Of a stretch of 64,000 nucleotides of DNA, positions 49,400 through 61,800 are shown one piece after another. The number at the start of each line of letters is the position of its first letter. Position 1 is the stretch's first letter. Under the pieces are notes generated by a model that worked only from the letters and a program-made list of their open reading frames with translations, searched no databases and had not been told where the DNA came from. The stretch covers positions 79,356 to 143,355 of the forward strand of contig RBZT01000705.1 of the NCBI GenBank assembly GCA_003693705.1, given 5' to 3'. Made by a program: the position numbers and the translations under genes. This DNA comes from Polymyxa betae A26-41. Taxonomy: Eukaryota; Protista; Endomyxa: Phytomyxea.

Positions 49400-50539
49400 T
49401 TATGAGGAAAGTAGAAGGTTTCGATTTCATTTAAAAAATAAACAATTTTGGTGTTGCATTTACTCCTTATTTCAGCGAAGCAAATGATCTCCACGATTGA
49501 CTTCTAGACTCTTACATGAAAATCAAACCGGATCAACAAATCAAGAAGTATCATGCCAGAATCTCTTCCCAAATCGTGACTAGACCGTAAACCGCCAAAA
49601 TTCAGTAAAAGCGAATCGGCAATCATCTAGCACATGATTGTTACGTCGACTTCCATGACAGCGAATGTTCCGGATGCTTAGCTGGGCACTGCTACAAAGG
49701 CGAGACAGCAGAGAAATTTGAAAAGAGATAGTCACCAGTTTGGAGCCATTTGAAGGTGGAGGGCGAATCAAATGCAATTGGATTTGTTATGAGGAACTGA
49801 TATTCCACAACATTCGCTGGGAAAGAAGATGGGAACCAGGAAACTATAATTCCTTCATCCAATTGAATCTGCTGCTTGTTCGTTGTTTGAAGTGCCACGC
49901 ATATAGCCCAACATTCTAGGGTTTGGTCACTGGCAGCACAATCAAAGCTCGCTTAGAACATCGTAATGGGCGCCTATCATGTGACAGCAGTACAAGACGT
50001 CGATTTATCACTCGACTGCCAATGTGCCTGAACTGGCGCCGCAGACTCCCGCACTTGGACGAGTCCGTCTCTCTGTGTATCTGGCTACTCATAATCATGA
50101 TAGAGACAGTCAAAACTCGGTACTCAGAATAGCTGAGATCGACCACGATATCGCATCGACAGCATTTTACCAGCGCATTATGATTACGGCATCAAACAAA
50201 TTACTGCATTTTGTAATTGGCGGCAATCATCATGAATGAGTAGAGAATGCCAATGATCGCTCAGCTGACGAACTGTCTGAACTGGAACCGCGGACTTTCG
50301 CACTAAGGACAAGTACGTGTCTCTCTCTATCTGGCTGTTCACGCCAAGGTAACGCCTTCGACAGCATTTTTCAAGCTCGTTATCAATACCCTTGAAAGTC
50401 GCGAAAATTCCTTGGAAGCTTTGCGGACTGGATCCGCCTCGCGAGCTACGAACGTTTGCGCTTTTTAGTGGCGACAGCGCTTTCAGTAATTAAGACTTCT
50501 TTGGGCAGAATCTTTGGTTTTAAGAACCAAATCATATAC

Positions 50540-50933
50540 GGGAAGGCTTGACCATAAAAACCGTTTCATAGTCTCCTCCACAGCGTTTTGTTCGTTTTCA
50601 CCTGACTCCAAATTATTCAGAAGCTGGTTCAAAATTCCTGCGAATTTCCACACGCTTCTGGATCAAACGCCCCAGTGGCATTCAAGGGAATTATTGGCGG
50701 TTCTCTCAGTGTTTAATTTTCCAGCCATTTCCTCCTTATATTGGGCGAAGACCCGCTGCCAGAATTTGGATCCGGCTTGAGGTCAGCGCCGCTGATCGGA
50801 TCCATCGAGACAATTTTCCAAGATCGAACAAGCCAAGGACTCATCCGTTCTTAAAACCGGAGCCGCGGACCGAGCGCTTGGGCGCAGGGACTACCACGAC
50901 CAACGCATTGGCTGCCACCACATGGATCTCCAT
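50540..50933 (-). pseudogene. Decayed Myb/SANT-like gene of the type carried by PIF/Harbinger transposons
   Basis: Across frameshifts and a stop: RGSGFKN..LVRSWKIVSMDPISGADLK..KFWQRVFAQY...RTANNSLECHWGV*SRSVWKFAGILNQL...SGENEQ. Confidence 0.6.
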
Positions 50934-51267
50934 TCGATTAAGAATACGACAATTCCCAGCCAGAAACAGAGAAACTGATCTGAGATTGCAAACACGCAGA
51001 GCGCGAGGGGGCCTCGCGCAGCCTGTTTCAGGCCGCGCTGTCATTTGGGCTGGCGGCTACACAGCCAGAATTTTTGCCCGCCGGGCGCCGAGGCCGCACC
51101 ACCTCCGCCGCGGTGGAGTTGCCAGCTTCTATGATATTTTCAAAAACTGCGAGAAAATAGCCGGCGCGATGGGTTTGTTCTAAGTGCGCAGTAAAATATT
51201 TATTAAAAAAAAATCTCAACGCTGTTCGATTGCATTCATCAACATCTATCATTTGGCGTTAAATTCC

Positions 51268-52323
51268 TCAGCACTTTTTCTTCCTCTTGTCCGTTTTCTT
51301 CTTCTTCAAAGGAACTGCAACCTCTCCTTGATAATCAGCTTTTTTCTGATTTGCATTGCTCTGCTTCCGTGCTTTTTTCTCTAGCCGCATCACGGCCGGA
51401 TGCGCTTGCTTTCCACCAGCTTTGAACACCCTTACGCAAATAGCATTTGAACGCTTCCCAAGCAAACCATCATAAACATTACCTGATTTTACGCCCTTTC
51501 AACAATCCATCATGAAAGGCCAGCGCTTGTTTCACAGAATCCTGACTGGCGAACTGCACATAGGCGAACCCTTTCCCAACATTCGCATGACGGTCACGAA
51601 TACATCGAACAGACTCAATAGGGCTGCATGTCTGGAAGAACTCCCAGAGATCATCCTCAGCAATATCAAAAGGCAGATTTCCTGCAGCCCTCATCAGTCC
51701 GAGCTCTATCCAGCGAACACCAAACCGACCAACAAAAACGCATCGTTTATCGTCATGTGTGACTTCAGCACGGATTCGATCGACACGAAGATGATGACCT
51801 TCGAAGACGGTTCCATTCAAAGCCAGGACGTTGTCGATCGCCGAGGCGTCGGACAGGACGACGTAGCAGTTCATAGAGTCTCTGCTTTTATGGAACTGTA
51901 ACCGATCAATTTACGCTCATTGATGCGGTGGCGTCAACCAACCTGCTGCTGAATGAAGGCCGCTTTCTTGGGCAGATTAGCCTGCGAAAACGACGCCGAT
52001 CGAAATCGCATCGATTCGATTTGGGCTTTGCCGGCCAGCAGCTGTCGGATTGTCTTCTGCGTCGACGATGTCGGCACATTGCCAATAAAGACGGTCCGGT
52101 CGTTTCGTTCATCGTTGACGTGCTTGCCGACCTCTCCCTTCTTGCGTCGAGACTGGGATTTGCCCGGCGCCGGCTCCGCAGGCGCTGAGACGGATTTGGC
52201 GACGACCAGCGGGCATTTCCGCTCGGGCTGCGGGCGGGTGAGGACAATCGGCTCCGGGATGTCGACGGGTTCGGCATCAGGGTTGATGGACAAAATCAGC
52301 TGGCCCGGTTTATAAGCTTCCAT
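51268..52323 (-). CDS. NOP12: Nucleolar two-RRM protein Nop12/RBM34 (spliced)
   Basis: RTVFIGNVP...IESMRFRS...KKAAFI; NGTVFEGHHLRVD; GNLPFDIAEDDLWEFF...VGKGFAYVQF; Lys-rich tail. Confidence 0.88.
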
Positions 52324-52390
52324 TTTGGTAGCAGGTAATGTCGACGAAGGGAAGTCAGATCAGTTTCGCAGTCCGTGATCGCAGCTGCTC

Positions 52391-52403
52391 AAACCCTAAC
52401 CCT
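52391..52403 (+). promoter_or_regulatory. Telo-box-like motif AAACCCTAACCCT upstream of NOP12
   Basis: aaaccctaaccct ~70 nt upstream of the NOP12 start, in the divergent NOP12/PP2A-A intergenic region. Confidence 0.4.
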
Positions 52404-52900
52404 GACTCGAAACCCAAATCAGATTTCAATGTGATTTATCAGAAATGAAAGCCATAGCTTCGTTTATCTGTTTACTTGACGCTCTGATCCAACTTCGCTA
52501 TCATAAATCTGGGTCCTGAACAGTAAATCGATGCCAGAGAGCTGACGAAATTGTTTTTGCTTTCGACTAAATGGTTTCGTATTGTCTTAGTTTTGGCAGA
52601 ATGAAATACAATTAAGATCGACCCTATGATAAGCTCTGAGAAAAGATTGATGAAAATCTCACATCTGTTAGCGCAATCTTGCAGAAACTGGATAAAAAAT
52701 GTAGCGTCCGCATCATTTTCATAATTTACGCATTAGTGGAATCTCTTTTTCTTCTTATAACAAGATATTGGATAAGCCTGGCGGCGATCTGCTTCATCTA
52801 ACCGGCTATGATCGCCGGCGAAAGAGGTACCGCGTAATTCCAGCTCCATCCTTAGCATCAATGCGATTAAAGTTCGTCTATTGTAGTCGTATCAGATCCC

Positions 52901-55268
52901 ATGGAGACCGAAGCAACCACCTCCTTTACTAAAGACGCCTCGAACGCCATTCCGATCGCCACCCTCATTGACGAGCTTAAGCACGATAACATTTCGGTTC
53001 CTCTTGTCAATGATATTGGTGTCCTACAGTTGACATCTATTAGGTTCGAATCGCTGCTTTGCGGCGGCTGCCTGAAATCTCTACGGCTCTGGGACCAGAC
53101 AGGACGCGAAACGAGCTGATCCCCTATCTGAACGAATTCGTCGAAGACGAAGACGATGTCCTTGTCACGCTTGCCGAACAGCTTCCTTCGCTTATTGACT
53201 ATGTAAACGTGCTTTCCTCTTTAATCTGGTCTCTGATAGCTTTATAGATCGGAGGGCCAGGCTATGGCCAGGTGATGTTCGCTCCATTGGAGACCATTGC
53301 CAGCGTTGAGGAGCCGACCGTTCGAAATCGCGCCATCGATTCGATTATCGCAATTGCGGCGCGCTTCACCAACGACCAGGTCATCGACTATCTGCTACCG
53401 CTAGTGGAGCGTCTAGCGAATGGCGAATGGTTCACGACCAGAGCGGCTAGTTGTCCTCTATTCCCGGTCACGTATTCCTCTCTTAGGGAATCCAGCGATG
53501 CTAACTCGGAACGGTTACTCCCATTTTTTTTATTGTTAAATCTTTCCTTTCATAGCAGATAGTGAATCTACAGTTTTTGTTTTAAAGAAAAGTTTTGGCT
53601 GATGATGTTTACTTGTTAGGTGCTCTGCATTGTTGCAGCTTTTCTCTCGTCTCTGTGTTGACGAGACACCAATGGTACGGCGGGCGGCTGCCTCGAATCT
53701 CGGCAAGCTGGTATCAGCTGTGGAGAAGCAAGCCTTTATGGATCAGCTGTATCCAAGTCTGCTAACTATTGCTAAAGAGGAGCAGGACTCGGTGCGTCTC
53801 ATCACTGTCGAAGTCTGTGTGAAGATCTCGGAAATCTTCACCGAATCTGAAGTCGTAAGAACATCACAAACATCTGGTAGGTTCTCTGTAATTCATTGCC
53901 ACGATAGGAATCGTTGCTACTTCCGACCATCCTAAGCATCTGCCAGGATCAGTCCTGGAGAGTTCGGTATATGGCCGCCGATAAAATCGTTGATGTAGAT
54001 TCACCATTGCTCTTTGTTTTTCGAATTTTGAAATAAGATTGCTAGTTATGCGGGAAAATGTCACAAAACACCAAAGATAAATCTATGCTAAACTCCTTTC
54101 TTACTCTATTGAAAGATATCGAACCCGAAGTTCGAACCGTGGCCGCCTCAAAGTTAATCGGTTTGGTTGTTTTAATTACATAACGAAGCGCTGATGCTCA
54201 ATGTCGATCTCAGGCATGGCCGAATGCGTTTCTGGGCCGCTCGTCGTCGACAAAATCATTCCGTTGGCGAAGGAGCTCGCCAGCGACCAGTCCCAATACG
54301 TTCGGGCATCGTTGGCGTCGGTCGTTATGGGTCTTGCCAGAATTATTTCTCGAGAGGAATTCTTTCAGCATCTGCTGCCCATGTTTCTCTTGCTGCTTCG
54401 TAATGCTTCCCTGCATCTTTTAGGGATTTATTGACGCGGCTTTAGGCGATCCCGTCTCCGATGTCAGGCTGAACATCATCTCAAGGTTGGATTTCATCCA
54501 CGACTTGGTCGGGATCGAAGTTTTCACGCAATCGGTGCTGCCATCGATCTCGAGTCTCGCTTCTGATTCGAACTGGCGAGTTCGGCAGGCTATCGTTGAA
54601 AGCATCCCATCCATTGCAAAACAGCTTGTAAGCGCCGCCATTAATTCGTTTCTGCCTCGTCTAAAACCTGCTAGGGTGTCGGTTTCTTCGAATCGCAGCT
54701 CTTGTCGATGTCGATGTCATGGATGTGCGATCGTGTCGCCTCTGTTCGATCGACGGCCACGAAGAATTTGTCCCGGTTTGTTGACGTCTTCGGTGTCGAA
54801 TGGGCCGTCGAGCATCTCGTCCCGCATATCATTGAAATGTTTAAGAATAATCATTATCTATGCAGGACAACGGCGATCTCTGGTGTATTGGTTCGTTCTC
54901 GCTCATAATCCCTTCATTGCCATTCTCAGCTTGTTCATAGGAGCTTTCACAATCGTTTGGACCCGAACTCATTTCGAAGACGCTTCTGCGGCAAACGCTT
55001 CAATTATCCAAAGACCCTGTCTGATACTCATCGCTTTCTGTTGGAATTTGTGCTGAGACAAAATCAGGTGCCTAACGTACGGTTCAGTTTGGCGAAGTTC
55101 ATTGGAGCGATCACGCCGTCCCTGGAGCCGGCCGTGATTCAGAGCGATTTTGTTCCCGTGCTGAGCGGCCTGGCTGTCGATGACGACGTCGATGTTCGGT
55201 ATTTTGCGGATCAGGCTATGACTTTATGTAAAGGCCAGCTCAAACAGGATTGTTTGATGAGAGATTAG
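52901..55268 (+). CDS. PPP2R1A: Protein phosphatase 2A scaffold (A/PR65) subunit, HEAT repeats (spliced)
   Basis: PIATLIDELKHD; ALGPDRTRNELIPYL; DETPMVRRAAASNLG; EQDSVRL; DQSWRVRYM; VPNVRFSLAK; DVDVRYFA. Confidence 0.96.
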
Positions 55269-55633
55269 CACCACGCTTGTTAAATTGGTGATCTCCGTGT
55301 TTATTTATACATTCGATCGTTCTCACTGTATCCAACACTCTATCGCTTTAGGCGTTGATTTAAGAATCCCCTATGTCCACGAAAAGGTTTGTGACCTGAT
55401 TCCTGCTTTCATAGATGCGTTAGAGTCGTTTCCAATGTAATGTCTCTCCATGGATAAGTTAGGTATAAATTGTAAAGCGAGTCGGATGGTGGCTTATGGG
55501 ATTCCCATCACCTCTTCATTTTTCATCGCAAATGTAATGTTCCATTGAATAAGTCAGCACTTAATGCGGCTTTGGCAATGGCCATGCGAAACTCTATCCG
55601 GGGCACCGCTTTCACATTTATCATCCTGTCTGA

Positions 55634-56353
55634 ATGGTGTCATCCAATGCATTCATTGTGACAAACCTCGTGCTAGCGTCGCTGGCAGGCCTGACAATCT
55701 ATAAGCTCGCAACCTTCCCAAGACCTGAACCGCTCGACGATGTCGAGCTGAATGCGCTACGAATCTGGACACGATTCGATCGCGGCGATCTCGACAATGA
55801 TAATGAGGCTGTCGATGCAGTCAAGCGCCAGATTGCTGAACTTAAATCTCGAGCTCATGCCGCCGAGCGTTTTCATCCGCAGCATGCCCAAGCTTTAGAA
55901 ACCGAGCTGGAATTCACTTATGAGCTTATTTCTGACATGCACAGCGATCTGCGCCCGATCGTTTTCCAGTTTTATAGGGCTTATTATGACGTTCGGGATG
56001 TCTATGGATTGAGCCATCATTTCACTGTGGATCTGGACCCGATCGTATTCAAACAGATTGTATTGGCAGCGAAATTATGTCAGGCGTTTTCAGATGAGTC
56101 GGATTACACGTTGAAAGGACGAGTTAGGAGAGTTTTACAATCACTAGACGATTCTGAGAGATATGCCAAAGCACTCGATGGAGTTGTTGAACAGATTACT
56201 GTTGTGGAGCTGACAGAATTGTCGCTGAGAGCTGCACAGCTGAAACAAGCTGCAGATAGTATGGACCAGGAACGATTCAAGTCATGTCTGCAGAAGGTCA
56301 CTGAATCATTTTCTGACCTGGAAAGCCAAATCATATCAAATCTATCATCATAA
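55634..56353 (+). CDS. Intronless helical protein with N-terminal signal/TM segment, unknown function
   Basis: 239-aa ORF; hydrophobic N-terminus AFIVTNLVLASLAGLTIY; heptad-rich body. Confidence 0.6.
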   Translation: MVSSNAFIVTNLVLASLAGLTIYKLATFPRPEPLDDVELNALRIWTRFDRGDLDNDNEAVDAVKRQIAELKSRAHAAERFHPQHAQALETELEFTYELISDMHSDLRPIVFQFYRAYYDVRDVYGLSHHFTVDLDPIVFKQIVLAAKLCQAFSDESDYTLKGRVRRVLQSLDDSERYAKALDGVVEQITVVELTELSLRAAQLKQAADSMDQERFKSCLQKVTESFSDLESQIISNLSS

Positions 56354-56606
56354 ATCATATTGTATCTATAAATTTACAGCCATCACGAGGATCAAATTAT
56401 GAATTGAATTTGTCTTATTAGCTGGCTGCTTCTCAGAAAGAAAACGTTTTACAAAAACCCTTGATTTCGTATAACAGATCAAGTTTGTTTTGCTTAAGTA
56501 GTGTGAATTATGAATCTGCTTTAAATTGGAACTGTAGCCAGCACGGACGGAAGATCCCACTTTTTGTACCTTTCACATCGGCCCCCTTCATCACTTCTTC
56601 AAAGCT

Positions 56607-57770
56607 ATGACGGTGGGGGTCATCAACTCGCTGTCCACAGATGCAATGGGCTATTCTGTGGCCTGGAGCCCATTCCTCCCAAATCGTTTCGCTGTGGCTA
56701 CGTCCCAGGTGAGCCACAGGCATGCATACGATTCTGTCGCCATGACCGACGCCATAGCATTTCGGTGTGATCGGTGGTGGAAAGCTCTATGTGGTCGACG
56801 ATAATCAGGGCCAGCTTGTCATCGCTGCTGCACTCGATACACCAGACAGCCTGTTCGATTGTGCTTGGAGCGAATCGAATGCTTCTCATCTTTTAACAGC
56901 CCACGGTAGCGGCGGTGTGAGACTATGGGATCTGTCCAGTAAAGGAGCAGCTCGGCTCTATGCTGAGCATTCTGCTGAAGTCTATGCTGTCGATTGGAAT
57001 CTTATCTCCAAAGACGTCTTTGTATCTGGTGCTTGGGATAAGTTCGTCAAAGTTCGACCTGATTTTCTGAAATATTTCGCAAAATTCGATTGATTTCTTT
57101 CCGATTTCATTTATCAGTATCATCATTTTATTGAGTTTGTTAACTCTACTTAACTATGTTTAGATCTGGCATCCAGATCGGCCCAGTTCTCTGAGGACGT
57201 TCGTTGAGCATTCCGGCTGTGTATATAGCACGCGATGGTCTCCGCATCGAGCCACGTCGCTGGCGTCGACAGCAGGCGATGGTCTCCTGAAGGTCTGGGA
57301 CAGCAATATGCCAGCAGCTGCTGTCACTATTCGAGCCCATAATAACGAGGTTCTCACCTGCGACTGGAACAAATACAACCCGAACATCATCGTCACCGGC
57401 TCCGTCGATCGGAGCATTCGAGTTTGGGATATCCGAACGCAGCGTTTGTTAAATTCGCTAAATGGCCACGAGTTTGCTGTGAGAAGGGTGAAATGCTCGC
57501 CACATCACGAATCGATCATTGCTTCGGCTTCCTAGTAAGATATCTCTGCTATGCCGACTCCTTCAAGAAATCAATTCGTCATTTAGCGATACGACGTTCA
57601 GGATTTGGGATCTGGCACGAGGCGACCAAGCTCTAGTCCAGACCTACGACCAACATACCGAATTCGTGCTGGGCATCGATTTCAATCTGTTCCACGAAGG
57701 CAGACTGACGACCTGCGCTTGGGACAATCGAGTCCTAATCGTCCAGGTCTCTGATCCACGACCTTCCTAA
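56607..57770 (+). CDS. PEX7: Peroxisomal PTS2 receptor PEX7 (WD40, spliced)
   Basis: GYSVAWSPF..NRFAVATSQ|HFGVIGGGKLYV; DSLFDCAWSESN; EVLTCDWNKY; GHEFAVRRVKCSPH; HTEFVLGIDF. Confidence 0.95.
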
Positions 57771-57839
57771 ATCCGTGTATCACACAGCAAAATCGACTTC
57801 GATCTATTTCGCGAATGGAATATTCGATAAATTATATTT

Positions 57840-58319
57840 TCAAGATAGAGGCTGTTCTAGAATATACCATTCCTTCATAGTAACTACGATGGCAGCTTTA
57901 ACGACACCACCATCTAGGTCTTCGGGCGGCGTCCAGGTGAAGACGGTATCCTTGGTTTTGGGGTTCTTATTCACCTGCGTGATGGTCGACCCGTCATTAC
58001 ATTCCTTATTAGAGACCGCTTTCAGATATTTGGCCGATTTCCACTCTCCGACCCGATTGCCATCGTCGCCTTCGACATAGAGCAAGAATCCTCGATAGTC
58101 GTCGCCGATCAGACGGATCTCATAGTCCTTCTGGCCGTCAGGTTTCTGTTGGACATCGATGGAAAAGGCGTTGCTGCTCGGGTCGCCATCTGGCTCCGAC
58201 ATTTTGCGAAGTTCGTCAGCAGTGGCATCACAGACCGGTGACCCATTCGGATGCGATTCGATAGCGATCCATTGCAGGCAGCTGACGGTAAAAAGAAGAA
58301 CGAGCCCATAGTTCATCAT
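57840..58319 (-). CDS. Secreted stand-alone Reeler-domain protein
   Basis: Signal peptide, then HPNGSPVC, YRGFLLYV, VGEW, C...TITQVNKNPK...FTWTPP (Reeler pattern); intronless. Confidence 0.8.
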   Translation of the reverse strand: MMNYGLVLLFTVSCLQWIAIESHPNGSPVCDATADELRKMSEPDGDPSSNAFSIDVQQKPDGQKDYEIRLIGDDYRGFLLYVEGDDGNRVGEWKSAKYLKAVSNKECNDGSTITQVNKNPKTKDTVFTWTPPEDLDGGVVKAAIVVTMKEWYILEQPLS

Positions 58320-58460
58320 AATGCTATAATAAAGATATGGTCGGCAATGGCGATCTGTGATCCATGGCTCATTGACTCATCCAGTGAATCACAACTCAGA
58401 AACGACTCAAGGCGGGTCCCAAAAAATCGTGAGGTCATCTGTTTTTTATTCGGAAACTAT

Positions 58461-58648
58461 CGAAAAGGTATAATAAAGGCGATGGGACCCTGCGCTCTTG
58501 TGAACGAAAAGGTATAATAAAGGCGATGGGACCCTGCGCTCTTGTGTAACGAAAATGTATAATAAAGGCGATGGGACCCTGCGCTCTTGTGTAACGAAAA
58601 TGTATAATAAAGGCGATGGGACCCTGCGCTCTTGTGTGAGCGGGTCCC
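58461..58648 (+). repeat. 44-45 bp tandem repeat x4 ending in a hairpin
   Basis: Unit cgaaaa(g/t)gtataataaaggcgatgggaccctgcgctcttgtg(t)aa at 58461, 58505, 58550, 58595; the last unit is followed by gagcgggtccc. Confidence 0.95.
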
Positions 58649-58820
58649 TGCTTGAACATGAGGTGACTGCATTATGCGCAGCCCGCTCTCATTTATTTTC
58701 ATAATCAGATTGCAATTGCTTTCTTGATCAGGTTGTCTCATGTCGTCCAGATAATTTTCAGTAGAGGCAACAAAGCGTTCAAATATCAATTGCTATAGCT
58801 TTGAATCTCGAATTTAAAAC

Positions 58821-61800
58821 ATGGCTGCCGATGGAGATGGGCAATGCCATAACGAACGATGCTGTGGGATAACCGATACCACAAACATTGATGATGGCGA
58901 TGACAGATTTGGCATCGCGACCCAAGACGTTCGACTATCAGTATTGAAAAAGCGGTGCGAATTGAATCTGATTGTCGACCAAGATTGGAGTTGAGTGTAT
59001 ATAGAACAGGGCATTATGGGATTCCAACCGGGAACAAATTTCAACATGTTGCAAGGGAAGGCGATCAACTCGACGTATGAGCCATGCTGGATTTGCAGAT
59101 AGGCAATTGAGTGATGATTTTAGCGATACGCCAGCGAGATCTGGATACAAATTTGGACATTTCAGATAGCTCGCCTCATTCAATGGTCGGAAAACACATT
59201 TACTCATCCTAGCTCGGAAACAAGCTAACCATGTAATAGGTGCCACGATCGCGACTCCACTTTCGTCTGCTTTATCGATCCATGGAGAATTTTGGCCGGT
59301 AATCTGTTCCCGGCCATACAACAATATATACAGCAAAACCTATACATGACGCCCGCTGTGATGTCGCTTTTCGCCTCGACAATGAACAAACTCATGAGCT
59401 GGGGAACCTGCCTCTTTGATACAGGTTCAAGCAATCATCTTGCCAAAATCATTTTCAATTCAATTTGTCAGTTTCCAGTCGGCCCTGGGCTTCACCAGAA
59501 CAGCTGATGGGCAGTACGGCCGCCACGAAACAATCGGATATGTGGATCTTTGGGTAATAAGTTGTGAGATCTCAATCTTCAACTCTAAATTTCTAGCTGA
59601 CAGATGTCTTCTATACGAGCTGTATGGTAATGGGACGCCATTTATGTCGACTGTTAACCGCCACCATCGTTATCCCAGACTGATTGAGATATTCTCGTAA
59701 AATCTTGTTATGCGAGTTTCTTCATCATGAACCAACTTCAGGGCGATCGGCTCTCCCCATCTGGACGTGTGGCCGGAAGCCGCTATGCTGCCGGGATTCT
59801 CCCGGCAGTTTCCCGGATGGCGCAGACGACGATTGGCGAATTTGAAGCATGGTGACGACCAGGCAGCAAACGACCTGATTAATGTCGGGCGATTGTTTTG
59901 TTCACAGAACCGATTGCTTTATTAAACCGCTGTCCAGAATCTCCTGGTGCTGGCGCCCAGTCACCGGCTCGATATCGACGACGTCCTTCGTCACGAATAT
60001 TTCCAAATGTTGTATCACGTCATCGGTAAGAAATCAATTCATGCTGCTTTGTCAGAGTGCATGACGCCTACTTATAGACGACATCTCGATCGAGGTCCCA
60101 ATCTCGTTTTCAGCGCCGTTCTTTCCGACCTACCAGCAAGTATGAAATCCAGCCTTGATATCGATTCCTAATAGTAGTGCTAGAGCAAATCGTTACCTCA
60201 AGCGGTAATCGACAGTCGACTGGTTAAACATCGTCGGGTATTACTCAATTGGATCAAGACCGTTGCCGAAGAGTGACGCTGCCGTCTTTCCTCTCGCTGT
60301 CTAGATTCTCACCACAGCCAGCAGGTTCAAAATCAATCCGTCGGCGTTCTTCATCTGTATGAAGTTGATCGACGAAATCCTGCTTCCAAACCGATCATCC
60401 CCAGACCATTTGCAGCTTTTAGCTGAAGTCTGTCTGTCGATCGCTGTGAAGCTCGCCGATCATGTTCAGGTTCGCGAAATCGTGCTGTGGAGTGGTCGTT
60501 GTCATTAACCACGCTCATCTCTCAACAATAGATCGATCTCTGGACCTGGACCTCTATGGCCTCGAATACGTTCTCAATTGAACAGTTCCGTTGCAGCGAA
60601 CGCGAGGTTCTACGTGCAATACGCTCTCGGTCACCATCGCTTATCACCTGCTTCCACGACCTTCAATTCTTCATACGTGTTCACGGCGATGTTTGCCCAG
60701 ATCAGGCCGATCTCGCCCAATTGATTCTAGGAAAGGCGCTCGTACGATTCGTTTTAGACATGAATATTGCAATTGTTGAGTGTTGACAGATCGAACACCC
60801 GGAGCTAAGTTGGGGCGGATCGAAAACGTTGGCATTATCAGCATTTTGTATAGCGCTCGGAGTGGATCGAAACAGCTGCTGGACGTCTCGCCTCGTCCCC
60901 TACATGCCAGAATCGATTACTCCGATCATAGCGCGTCTATACGGTTTATGCACATCTGCGGGCGACAAATTTCTGTCTGCCTCTTCTGTAAGCGTTTTGG
61001 ACTGTTTCCATTTGCCCGTTAATTTGGTTAGATTAGGCGCAGTCCGCTTTGGCAATATTTGCAGATGGAGACGTGGGCCGAGCAATGTTTCAACCGATAC
61101 GATCCCGCCTATAAACTTGATCGGGCCCTTTTGAAAAAATGTCTTCACTTTCTAGACGGCAACGATCTTTCCCGACTCAGCTGTTTGTCGAAATCCTGGA
61201 GGCAGGCCGCCCTGGATCGGTCGCTTTGGACCAATATCACCTTAAGTACGATACGTGCACATAAGCTGGGCGGTTCCCTGATTTCAGTTTGTTTGCAGTT
61301 GGAAGTAGATCTGCTGACGAGCTGCTGCTGCGTGTCTTGACGTATTGCTCATCGTTGCAATATTTGAATCTATCCGGTTCGCGGATCTCCTTGACAGGTC
61401 TCACGCAGGTGTTTATCCGATGCCCAGGATTACGGACCCTGATTATCGATCGAGCTCAATGCGAGAAAGGTCGGATTTGTTTTTGATGCATATTCACGGA
61501 GCCTGATTGTTCTGCATTCAGTTCGGGATTTTGATATCGCCACTTTTCCGGAACACGATGCTTTATTAAATCTGTCCGTTGCGTCTGCGAATATTTCCCT
61601 GGATGTCATGGCAGGGATATTGAAATCACTCCCGAACCTGGCCTCATTCAATTGCAGCAGTTCATTATGCTCTATCGCGCCAGCATTGTTCTATTTGCCC
61701 TCCAGTATTCGCCATCTCGATCTAAGTGGGAACGCCTGGGTCACCGATCAATTAATTTCAGGTCAGTAACATAATTGATTCGCGATCGCGATCTGAACGC

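Noticed and set aside
58461-58637. CRISPR array
   Set aside because: Units are contiguous with no unique spacers, there are no cas genes, and the context is eukaryotic
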